Positions 48,993 to 60,900 of a stretch of DNA of 63,128 nt are shown piece by piece. Under the pieces are notes generated by a model. It was not told the DNA's origin. It worked only from the letters and a program-made list of their open reading frames with translations, and ran no database searches. The position numbers and the translations under genes are program-made. The first letter of the stretch is position 1; each line of letters opens with the position of its first letter. Source of the stretch: Chara braunii (lineage: Eukaryota; Plantae; Charophyceae); NCBI GenBank assembly GCA_003427395.1, contig BFEA01000018.1, forward strand, positions 4,237,086 through 4,300,213, read 5' to 3'.

Positions 48993-51108
48993 GTTTTTAC
49001 TACGAAAATGCAATGAATATTCAAAAGCACTAGCAACAGAATGCCATTCTGAGGAAAAACATATCTTACAACAAATTCAACAACTTCAACATCATAAAAC
49101 TAATTCAGAAGATACAAAAATCATGGAAACACTAGCAGGTGAAATTGTTAAGCTAGAGCAAAAATTACTAAGTTACATGGAGTATCGTTGACATTGGATT
49201 CGGATTAGGGGAAAGCTTAGAAAGCACTACATGGAAGGATCGATGGACGCCCGTTTCTTTGCAATGGCGAGGGTACGGACTAGAAGAACAGTGATAGAAG
49301 CATTAAGGGACCAACAAAATGGTGAGGATTATCTACTCATGTCAACTGCAGCCTGCACCAAAATAGCGAGAGATTTCTTTCAAAAACTATACTCGTCAGA
49401 AATTTGTGATATTCCACAAGAACAATGTAATGAGAAAATTGAGGAATTCTTATTCCCCTTAACCAATAAATTAACAAATGAACATCAAGAGATGTTTGAA
49501 ATGCCCCTTAACAAATGAACAGCAAGAGGAAGTCTGAACAACCTTAATGCTAATGGAAGAAAATAAAACTCCAGGCATCGATGGATTTTCCAAGGAATTC
49601 CGGGAATCAAGTTGGGATTTCCTTTCACAAGACCTAAGAACTTTTACCAAGAAGTTTTGATAACAGGAAAAATATGGGAGATTTTAGGACAAGGAATATG
49701 AACCCTGCTGTAGAAAAAAGGAAGTAAATCGAATATTCGAAACTATCGCCCAATCAACCTACTCACAGTGGTCTATAAGTTGGTGGCAAAGGCGTTGACA
49801 AACAAATTAACAAAGGTCATAGTAGATATTATCCATCCAGCTCAAACCGACTTTATAAATGGAAAAAATATTCAAGACAATGTGTTATTAATCAATGAGC
49901 TGGTCAAGCTATCTCGCCAATCCAAACACAATACGACAATTTTTTTATAGACTTTGAAAAAACATATGATCATGTGCATTGGTAGTTCTTGAACAAATGT
50001 TTAGAAAAACTCGAGTTTGGTCTTTACTTCAGAAGATGGATTAAAATTTTACACCATAATGCTACCACTAGGGTAATGATTAATGGTAATGTGACCCCAC
50101 CTATCTCATTACATAGATCTGTTAGACAATGAGACCCGATTGCGTCCTTTCTGTTTGTAATTGTAATGGAGGCTTTAGCTGCTAACCTAAGGAAACATAA
50201 GGACATAAAACGCATCCAAGTCACGTTAATACCCGAGGAGGTTATACCTGTCTGCTCCTTTTTTGTTGATGATCCATCTCTCATGATTGAAGCATCGTAT
50301 GAAAATATGACGGTTGTACAAGGAATGATGGATAAATTTTGTCGCCGCTTGGGCATGAGGGTTAACTGGGGAAGTAAGACTCTAGGATGGTGGATCCATC
50401 ACCAAGGAGTACGGCCTCCAGAACAACCTAGAGTGAAATGAGTCGCATTGGACCCGATTGTGCCCTTTCTATGTATAATTATAATGGAGGCTTTAATTGC
50501 TAACCTAAGGAAACATAAGGACATCAAACGCATCCAAGTCACTTCAATACCCGAGGAGGCTATACCTGTCTGCTCCCTTTTTGTTGATGATCTATCTCTC
50601 ATGACTGAAGCATCACATGAAAATATGACGGTTGTACAAGGAATGATGGACAAATTATGTCGCCGCTTGGACATAAGGGTTAACTGGGAAAGTAAGACTT
50701 TAGGATGGTGGATCCATCACCAGGAAGTACGGCCTCCAGAACAACTCAGAGTGAAATAAGTCGCATTGGACACACCAGTAAGAATTATAGGTATTTCCTT
50801 CACTGTGGAAGGAAAGTCACTTACAAATAGCGAATAAATTACCGGACAAGCACAAACAAAACTAAAATTGTGGAAAAATAAGCATACTTTTGTAATGGGA
50901 CGTGCAATGGTTATTAATAATGTGGTAATCACTTCTATCTGGTACAAGTCAGCTATTTGACCTATGGACAAATCGGCGTTAAAAACTTTACAAAAACAAA
51001 TGGTACCTTTCCTATGGAGAGGTAATCATGAGAGTCAAAATGTCATTCGGAGGGTAGTGTGGCAATCAGTGATACAAACCAAGGGGGGACTGGGTATCAT
51101 AGACCCCG
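48993..51108 (+). mobile_element. 5'-truncated degenerate LINE ORF2, segment 1
   Basis: RKCNEYSK, KTPGIDG, NYRPINLL, VYKLVAKAL, IIHPAQTDFINGKNIQDN, CSFFVDD, GGLGIIDP; collinear with the minus-strand LINE at 58-63 kb. Confidence 0.92.
50133..50768 (+). repeat. 318-bp tandem duplication inside the LINE RT
   Basis: gacccgattg...gtcgcattg at 50133 and 50451. Confidence 0.95.
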
Positions 51109-54100
51109 TGTCGAGTGCATCGGTTCCCGCCTTTACGCAAAGTGCGGGAGCCCTCCCAGCCATGTTACGCAGGAGTAAACAAAACAAAAACATCAGCAGA
51201 GACAACTTAAGGACGACACAAAATAACTTCGCGAGCCACCGAGACGGCCTCGATTGCGTCGCCCCTACGTCGCTCTAGCCGGGTACGCGAACTATACATC
51301 CCGCGGTCTCCTACGACAAGATAGATCCCCACGATCCCCTACGACAGGATAGGTTCCCGCGGGGCATAAAATTTCCTTCCTTAAAGGGTTGTCACCACCC
51401 TTAAGGGCGTATTCTTACCGAGCTACTGACCTACGTGCGAAAGTTTTTAGGTGCAATTGTAGAGGTAGGTCAGCCGAGGGCATTTGCTTGTTCGTTGTAG
51501 TTTAGATACGTTTGGTTAACGCCAAACGGACCCGAGCGTCGTTCGTTCCTTAAGGCGCTGATCTCCTACGTACGAAGCGGACGTCGACCGACTAGGACGG
51601 TCTCAACCAAGCGTGAAACCAAAGTTAATCCTAGTTCCTTAGACACATTGTCAAAAGAAAGTTATGATAACCGTACATAATTACATCAAAAGAGATCGAC
51701 CATAGTCGATAGGAAAATATATCCGATATGAAATGATAACCAAAAGAACTAGAATCATCATACGATAAATCCAATAATACAAGATCAAAATAAAATCTGA
51801 CCACCCTGAATTAAACTCCACAAAAATCATACAGTTACCAACGAGGAGTTGACTTCTGACAATAACATAGATGTAACCAACAAAGTAGTCGGACAACCTT
51901 CGTTTTGACTTGATGATATACGCTGTTATTCATTTCACCCTACCGCCGACCTAAGATTAAACACGCTCACACCCGTCTCCATACAGTCCTAAATCTTATT
52001 GGATGACAGACTGCTTTGCAGATGATTCTTGATCAGATGCATTGCTTGAAGTGTTGCATGCCTCTTTCTCTAGGAAGTGGTCTGGGGTACTCCTCCTCCT
52101 CGCCCGAGCATAAGACTCGGATCTCAGAAGTCGAGCCGTCTCCACCGAATCAGCAGAGTACCCCCCCGTAGAACGATCTACTCTGGGTCGATAACAGGGA
52201 CGACTCCTAAAGCAACAAACCCCCGCCCCAGATGCTTCCTAGAGAAATAGAATATGTCCACTGCGAGTAACTTTCACTTATTTTCATTCCTCCTGAGTTC
52301 AGGGTAGCTTGGACGAAAAACAAACTGAAGGAGATAGAAAATGAGAATCATTTGGACAAGTATAGATAGATAAGGTAATTCAGGATAAAATGGGTAAACC
52401 TAAGGAAAATAACTAAGTCTAATTATCTCGATCTTCATTATATTGACAAAGTTTCTTTCACTGTACCCGCTGAAACCATTCACCTCAAGATACAAATGTT
52501 TTTAACATACAAACAGGCGAAAGGTAGAAATAAAATAATTTTTTTCCTTTTCTCCAATTAGCAAAATCAATCTCCTTTTCAAGCATCCTTCTACCCACCT
52601 GCACACCAAGCCAAGCAACAAGTTCAAAGATAAACCAATACAACCCCGCACCCAAGTCAGACATTCTCATTCACATGTAAACACACATTTCTTTTCCCTT
52701 TTCAACGAACATTCAATGAACAGGGTCAAGCAAGTGCGAGTTCACACAGGTGTGAAGAAAAATTTGAATCATTCAACTGACCGACCTTGAATGAAGTTTG
52801 AATCGTCTCACTCAAGAAAGCGGAGTATTATGTCAATCAAATAAAAAATATCCGCTTTTGAAGTCCAAAATATACGGTCCACAACTCCACAAGTTGTGGT
52901 TGTTCCATTGAATGACGGTTCGACTCTCCCTCCAAGTGCCAGATGAGCAGAGGTTGGACCTCAACAAAACTTCAAATGAAATAGTCTCCAAAAGGATGTT
53001 CCCATGATCAAGTCTCACGTGGCCCCAATGTTCCGGACAATCTTAACGCAGTCCCATTACACCGCGTCCTCCAAGGATCTGTCCCAAACCAACTCGCAAA
53101 TCTACACCGCCTCTCACCACGTCCGCTCTCAATAACCACACCAACAAGTTCGTCCCGATCTCAAAATTAGTCCCACCTGGTCCCAAAACGGTCCTAAGTG
53201 GTCCCACGTTACCGCCCAAGCACCGTATGGTCCCAAACTCAAAATCCGCTTGCTCAGCACGCCGCAAAAAAAATAAAAGTGGCCCTGGTTGAAAACCGCA
53301 CGTGCCGCGAGCCCCAACGACTACTCCGCTGCGTGCATCCAATCCGCACTCTCTTCATGTCGTCGGCCCACACACCACAACCGCACATACCCAATCATGC
53401 ACCAGTGCCATCCCAACCTCTAGGCCGCACAAGAATCTACCATAATCATTGTTAAAAAAAAAATAATAACGGGGATTACCTCTTGCCGTACCGTTAAAAC
53501 CGGTACCATGTCTTCGTGTCGTACCACCGCCTAATCATACACAAAAAAATGGCACCATTGCGATGCAAAAGATCCGTAGCATTTGCCCTCACAATATTGT
53601 TGCCGACCGCCAACCGGACAACACTTCCTTACACACAAAAGTGTTGACGCCGCCGCCAAATTCGGCAGCATAGTCCCCACCGGATACACTGCCATTGTTG
53701 TACCGCTAAATTCGACAGCACTTCCCCTTATGGAGACCTCGATGACGCCGCGCTGCCAGTCCGGTAGCATTTTCCCACTGGCAGTGTTGTTGCCGCCGTG
53801 CCAAAAAAATGGCATCACTTCCCTCTAAAAAAACTTGCCGCCGAGTCAAAATTTCGGCAGTGTAACCCTGACGACCCTTGTCGCTCACTACACTGTCCAG
53901 CCCTGACGCAACTCACCGGCCGCAGCACCCATGCAGAGGTGGGGCAGTGAGCTCCTAGCCTCGGCTATGGCTTCCCTCCTCCTCTAGTGCTCTAGCAGAC
54001 CTCCACTCTCCTCTCCGATAACACTTCCTCTCATCCTGCAGACTTCCACTTCCTCCATCAACAACACTTCTTGACTCCTCTTCGACAACACCTCCCCACA

Positions 54101-56361
54101 GTAGCAGCCAACCAACATTCAGTCAAGTGAATGGCCCAGCAGCACTGCCACAAGTGTGAGGTTGATGGGTGGAGTGATGACTTTTATAACCAGCCGATGG
54201 CATGCGGGCAGCTGCTTTGTCCACAGCCAGGCAAAAATTTGTCGGTGCTCCTGACCCGCGATCTAGATTAATGGCCAGAAGCCCGGTGCCTTGGTTTTCC
54301 CTTAGGGGAACCAAGGTCATCAACCCCCAGAAGTATTTGGCTGTTTTCTCAGGCCAGATACTCCTGTAAATGGTTGTACTCAACCATTTACTACTGCCTG
54401 CTCAAAACGAATAGGCGATGTCCCATCAGCCCCTCAAACTTTTTTGGGTTGTACTTGTCCCGCGGCAGCCACGTACGTGACCGTTATTGTTTTTTCCCTT
54501 TCTTTTCTTCTCTTCTCTTGTACCCCCCCCCCCCCTTCTTTTCCTTATGCAGGGGGCAACTCGCCGTTCAAAACGAGCGGCCACCCCTTTTCACAGAGTT
54601 GAACTAGAGTCAGGCTCAACAGGGTCTCCTCTTTTGCTGCACCAACGGGCGCTCGTATGTGGGCGCGACAATGAACTCAATTCAAGTGCCTAGAAACGAT
54701 GACAACCCGTTTTAAAAAACGAACGGGCGCCATAACCATTGGAATTGACAAAAACAAAAATTAAAAGAAGCAAAAAAAAAAAAAAAAAAAGGAAAAAAAC
54801 AACAACAACAACTGAGAATGAAACGTTGACTTACCTGTGAGGTTGCCCATCAGAACGGGCGCCTGCTACCACATTTGAAGTACCATAAGGCCAACCTCCA
54901 AGTTGACAATTCTTATGTCCTCTCTCTCTCTCTCTCTCTCCCTCTCTCCCTCTCTCTTTGTGTCGCGCGCGTATTTGTGCAGAGAGTACTTCATAACTCA
55001 AGTACAAGGTCCCAAACCCAAACTCGAATATAGTCGCGCTTCCGTGGTAGATTCATGCGCTTTTGCTCAACCCACAGTAGAAAAATCCAGACCGTTTGTC
55101 GAAACGAACGGACTCTTCTAAAAAGAAAAAGAAAATCTAAAAAAAAAATAACGAATCGAAAAAGAAAATCTAACTGAACAAATATAAAGCAAATCTAAAT
55201 AAAAGAAGAAACCTTGAAAAAATCTATAAAAATAAATAAATAAATAAATTAACACTTACCTCGTTGCAAAACAAACGGTCGCCCGTTTTAAACGGGCACT
55301 TGCAACTGTTGATGGGGACACTAAGTCCCCTCACTTCCAGCGACGCCACTTGTCGCTTCAAATTTAGTTAGGTTTTTTTTTTTTTTTTTTTCATTTTTTT
55401 AAAATTTCATTGGCTTCGGCAACGGTCACTTCGCGTCGTGGTCTACCCACGAGCTCTTGAAATACAAACTCGAGTTTTGTCCCTGTCGGGATCGAAAATA
55501 AATTTGAACCATTTCTCGATTTATGTGTGTCATCCTTGCGCAGGGGCCATGCGATCTCGACCTCGCGATCTCTGAGATCTTGTGATCGACTGCGTCTTTT
55601 CAGAAAGGGCAGCTCCAAAAGGAGCTAGCCCAGTGCTGCAGCACGCTGGATTCGATCCCGGTTTCTGTGGGTAAAAGTCAAGTACTGTAACCAACTGTGC
55701 TGACTCCTATCACGACAGTGATAGGAGCAACGTTTCTATAAGAAGAGTTTAGCCTTTGGATCCCTCATGCCTGTGGCATTGCAGGTACTGCCTGCCTGAG
55801 GCCTTGCAGGCCCTGCCTGCCTGTGGCCCTGCAGGCCTCGCCTGCGTGCCTGTCTGTCGCTTTACAGTGGATGGTTGTCCATCCACGACTTCAGGGTCAC
55901 TCAACTGGTAAGCCTCGGCATCGGCCTGCTGGCCCCGCCTGACTCGAGGTCAACCCCCGCGGCCCAGGAAATAAAAATAATAAGAAAAACTTCACATTCC
56001 TTCCGCGCCGCGACCCCATGCCTAGCGCGACCGTTCTTTTTAGCCTACCTAGGCGCTGAATCGCGTGACTGCTAAGCCGCTCGCCATTATTTTAGGTAGG
56101 ATAGATCTAACTTTGGCATTCCCATGTCCGCACGCTTCTTTGACCTCAACAAAAGCAAAGCACTGACAGTTACTTCGCTATTCTCGGGCGCCACAAGCGT
56201 CTGAACTAAAGGTTAAAAACTTTTAGTCTCTCAGTCATAGGTCAGGTTTGAATGAACTTTTGGCAAACGTCGGTCTCATCAATTCCTTGAATTCAACGAA
56301 ATAGTCGAACAACGTCCGACATTTAAAATCCCTGGCAAATACAAGGGTATTCGCCTCGACA
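51109..56361. mobile_element. 5.25-kb non-coding insertion with TGTCGAG/CTCGACA termini (solo-LTR-like or non-autonomous element)
   Basis: 7-bp perfect terminal inverted repeat with TG...CA; the LINE frame stops at IIDP and resumes at ATQGMTIFIQWIKR; candidate 4-bp TSD cccg/ccgg. Confidence 0.8.
55637..55705 (-). other. Degenerate tRNA-like (SINE-head-like) sequence
   Basis: Minus strand cagcacagttggtta (A-box-like) ... gactttta ... gggatcgaatcc (B-box-like); stems pair poorly. Confidence 0.35.
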
Positions 56362-57905
56362 CCGGCTACACAAGGAATGACTATTTTCATTCAATGGATT
56401 AAGAGACTACTCTTTAACCCGCGAACTCCTTGTAGTGAGTTGGCATGGGAACAAATAAGATGATTAGTTCCAGAGACCTCAGATAATATACATCCAATGA
56501 CATGATTAGAAAAAAAATCAAGGTCTATTCCTAGGAAGTTGTCAAGGGAGGTAGGGGACCAAGCTATCTCAGAACAAAATGCAGTCAGAATGGACCTGAG
56601 TAAGGACCCGTTTTGGCCTAACCTGTTAAAAACTTGGAGAAGGCATCCCCTACCAGATAAGGTGGTCCAAACAGATGGGAAAAAGTGTCTCAACAACCTC
56701 TACAAGGACACATACTCCATTGTATGGACTCACCGTGGAAAAGTTGAAACAGTGACGATATTGTCATCATTCAGTGAAGCACTAGAACAAGTCATTAAAT
56801 TTATCCCTTTGGACTGGATTAGGATCCTCAGAAAATGACCTAAGTTGGAAGATGGAGTTTGTATTAAATCAAGCTGCTTTGATTGAAAATATATTACAAA
56901 TCAATCCCAATGGTGAAATCTTATTGGTCCTATACAGGTTACCACATGATTATACAATAGAACCTAATCCTAAGGAAAAAACTAGATGGGTTGATGGGGA
57001 GCAAGTTTTTAGGATCAGAGTCATGAAGCGAATGACTGACTTTTAAACACAGTATCCAATGCTTGACACTAGATCCCAAGAACTGGGTTTGGACTGCGCC
57101 AGAAAGAAGAGGTCGCAGATATAAAGGAATGCTTCACACCTTGTTTGTCAAATCAGCATATTGTATGTTGAGACCTAACATAAATATAAAAGACAGGGTA
57201 GAGGACAAATGGATGAAGCAATTAAATTTAAGCAAAGAAGTTCTCAAGCCAATTAAATGGTTCCGGAACATGAAATCTAAACCTACCAAAGTAACCTCCT
57301 TACAATGGCAAATTGAACACCGATGTCTGCCTACCAATAATTGGTTGATTAGTAGAACGACATTGGAACAAAAAAAAGGATAGTTGTCCCCTTGTGTCGT
57401 TTCTGTAGATCTGCTTTTCCAGTAAGAACAATCCTTGAAACAATTGAACATATCTTCCTACAATGCCCAGGGGCTATTTGGCTGTAGAGATGGTGGGATA
57501 GGATTTGAGACACATTGGGAACCAGCTGCCAGTGGCCCTGGGATTGGAAGGCCATTCTGCTGGAATTCCGGGTACCAGAACCATATGATGAGTTCACATA
57601 TAACTTATTCACGATTGGAAGAAGAGGGGTACTCTGGGCCATATGGAGGAGAAGATGTACCTATGAGATGAAAGGGGCAAGGTTAGATGGTCCTGAATTC
57701 ACAGACTCAATCAAACAACAAATTCAAATAGTGATAAGGACACAGTGGGATAATGTCAAGGATAAAATTCAGGACTTACACTCAGATAGTGAAATCCGGA
57801 ACCATATTAAAAAATTCAGCCGCAATTGGCTTGGGGGCCCACAAGGGGGGGAAATTGGCCAGGTCAAGAGGAAAGAGAGTGAGAGCGAAGAGGCTGAAGG
57901 TGTAA
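56362..57905 (+). mobile_element. Degenerate LINE ORF2, segment 2 (zf-RVT and C-terminus)
   Basis: QWQIEHRCLPTN, CRFC...ETIEHIFLQCP, WPWDWKAIL, RLDGPEF, WLGG. Confidence 0.9.
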
Positions 57906-57906
57906 G

Positions 57907-60900
57907 TATTTATTTTATTTTTTATTATTATTATTTTTTAACAGAAACATTCACGTCGGTGGTAGCGGTGCTGATAAGAGCAGACACCACTACCACTCGG
58001 GGAAAGGCTCCATCTATTGGTGGGGAGCATCACCTGCTGGAAAGTGGGTCCAGCGTCCCCTGAACATATGAAACAATGTGATCAGAAAGCATCAAGAGGA
58101 CTAGTCCTACCGACATTGATTACCCTGGAGACCAGGGGATTAACCGAGCAGGGCACTCGGTATACTCTGTCTATTAGAAGACGCCTAGATCGTGGGATTG
58201 GCTGGGATTGACAAGGGTAGGGAACCTCTTCACCTCATACACGACGCCAGATAATTACTGCAGTTTACTAGCTCCTCTACTCCCTACCAACTCCCGAGAA
58301 CTGTCGACTGGGAACCCATGCAACCACTGCCTTTCGACCATAAATTGAGAATGCCTGAAGCCAACAAGGGCAGTGGCAGTGAGGACTGTTGAAAATATTA
58401 GGACTGATGTTGACACCTGCGGACTCCTACCCAGTCTCTCTCTCATCTATCAACCCTCTCTCCCAAACCAGTCCAGGCCAACTATACTATTTGAGGGGGG
58501 GGGGAAGAGATCGGGGAATTCATGGGCAGGTTTCAATGGGATAGTTACATCTATCCTTGTCCAGTTGTTGAACAGGAGCCGGTAGTTCCTGACCATTCCC
58601 TCCCCAGTTCCCTGTCCGCCGTTCCATTCCACTCTCCCTATCCTCCCCCCTTTGTCCCCCCCCAGCCAGCTGGATGAAAAGTGAAGGATCTTGCGTTGAA
58701 TATCTTGTTTTGAGATTAGCGTTTGTATCTGAGCTTTAGCACTTTCCCATTTTGCAGCGATCTCTGTTTGGATCTGTTGTTGGATACTGTCGACAAAGTC
58801 CGGACCGTCTAGTCTAACCTGTTCCATTTCACAGGTACATTGCCGCCTCAAGAGGGCCCAGAGGACCGCCCTGCGTCCCAGTTTGAACATGTTACTGGTG
58901 AAGTCGTCCGTCCCCACCTCGGACCATACTTCACAGAGCAGAGCTTTCCAATCCCACGGCCATGGGGCTAGTGTTTCGAGTTGGCTCCAAATTCTATCCC
59001 ACCATCTCCACAGCCAGATTGCACACGGGCACTGCAGGAATACATGCTCGATGGTTTCAGGCCGTTTCCTGGATGGAAATGCATCGGTGCACAGTCTACA
59101 CCATGGTAGAGCCTTTCCCATTTGCTCCAACCGTGTCCTATTTATGAGCCAGTCGTTGGTGGGGAGGCAGCGGTGCTCTATCTGCCATTGCATCGAAGCA
59201 ACATTGGCAGGCTTTTCTTTGACCAGATTAAACCATTTAATTGTCCTCAGGGCGGCTTTACTCACATTCAGATGTCTCATCCAACGGCTCTCCACCTGGT
59301 CACGCAGGTTTATTCGTGGCCTGAGAAACCTGTAGGTTGCTTTAACGGATAAACCGTACAGGGATTGTGTAAATGTCCTGCCATTATACGAAGGTGATGA
59401 CTATTTCCACTCTGCCAGGTCGAAAGCCAGACATTGTACTGAAACTTGTGGAAGGTAAGCTATCAACTGTTCTTTTTCCTGCAGAACTCTAATTCTAAAT
59501 AGCTCTTCTTTCGGGAAGATCATTGTCTCCTCCGGGTGCTTTTTTCGGATTTCGTTATTCCATCTCACCTGGTGGAGATCGACCTGCACCATTTTATTTG
59601 AGATGTTTTGCCTGATCGTGCCTACCTCCCCGGGACGTTCCTTGAAGGCTACCCAGTCTTCTTGTTGTAAGGAGGGACCTTTCCTAAGGATCTTCTATGG
59701 GGATTTTGTCTCAAGTCTTCTAGAGACTCCGCCAGGTGGTGGCAATAGCGCAGTTTCCCCCTTAGCTGCCCCGGGCTGAACCACTCTCTTTTGTCTGTAT
59801 CCCAAATGTCCTTGATCCTTGTTATTCCTTATTTGACCCAGCTTCGCCAGGGTGTATCACTGCAGTGGAGGGTCTGCCCCTTGGAGTCCACTAGCCATCT
59901 GTTCCCAAAGAGCGGTTGTCGAGCGACCTCCTTCCATCTCATAGGTGGGTTTTTATCCGGTAGGGGGAGACTCCTCCACACCCCCAGGAGAGCCGGCCAA
60001 AAGGCGTCATTCCGCAGGTCGTCCCTCGCTGCTTGTCTGGGGGAGGCAGGGGAGGGGTTGCCCTGTTGCATGGATGTTTTCTTGGGGATCGACCATCCTC
60101 TGTTCTCCAGCCACATTAGCGGATCGCACTCCGCCGATGTTTATGGTGCCAGGCGGGAAATCTGTTCCAGTGCCAGCCCTCTCCATGGCGTCTCGGGACA
60201 TAATAGGAGTCTCTTGAGCCATTGTATTGTAAGGGCTCTAGTTTGTATCATGGGGTCAATAATGCCTAGTCCTCCTTTAGCTTTGGGTTGAATTATGGAG
60301 TGTCACGCCACCCTGCTGATAACGTTTTGGTACTCATGGTTTCCTCTCCACAAAAAGGCCGCAATCTAGCGTTGCAAGGGGCGGAGGGCGTTCTTATCGA
60401 GCGCCCAGATAGCCGATTTGTACCACATAGTGGCAAGGACGACGTTGTTGACCACCAATGAACGTGCAAATAGGGATGTGTGCTTATCCCGCCATTGGGT
60501 CATTTTCTCCAGCGGGGGTTTGGAGATCCATTCATTGTTCGTAGATGGTTTGCCTTCGGCTGTTAGTATGACCCCCAACACTTTGATTGGGGCAACCCGA
60601 GGGAGCCGTTTGACCTTAGGGTGCTCCGGGGGTTTTACCTCCTCATGGTGGATCCACCACCCTTGAGTCTTGTTTCCCCAATTTACCGTCATGTCAGAAA
60701 GTTTGCAGAACAAGTCCATCATGTGCTGGATTCCAGCCATTGCCTCCCTTGATGCATCGACCATGAGAGTCAGGTCGTCTGCAAAGAGGGAGCACACCGG
60801 GATCGCTTCCTGCGGGATCGAGGATGCTTGTATTTTCTTGATGTCCTTGTGTGTTCTCAAGTTGGCGACCAGGGCCTCCATGACTATGACGAAGAGGTAG

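Noticed and set aside
55637-55710. Functional tRNA-Lys gene
   Set aside because: Acceptor and anticodon stems do not pair
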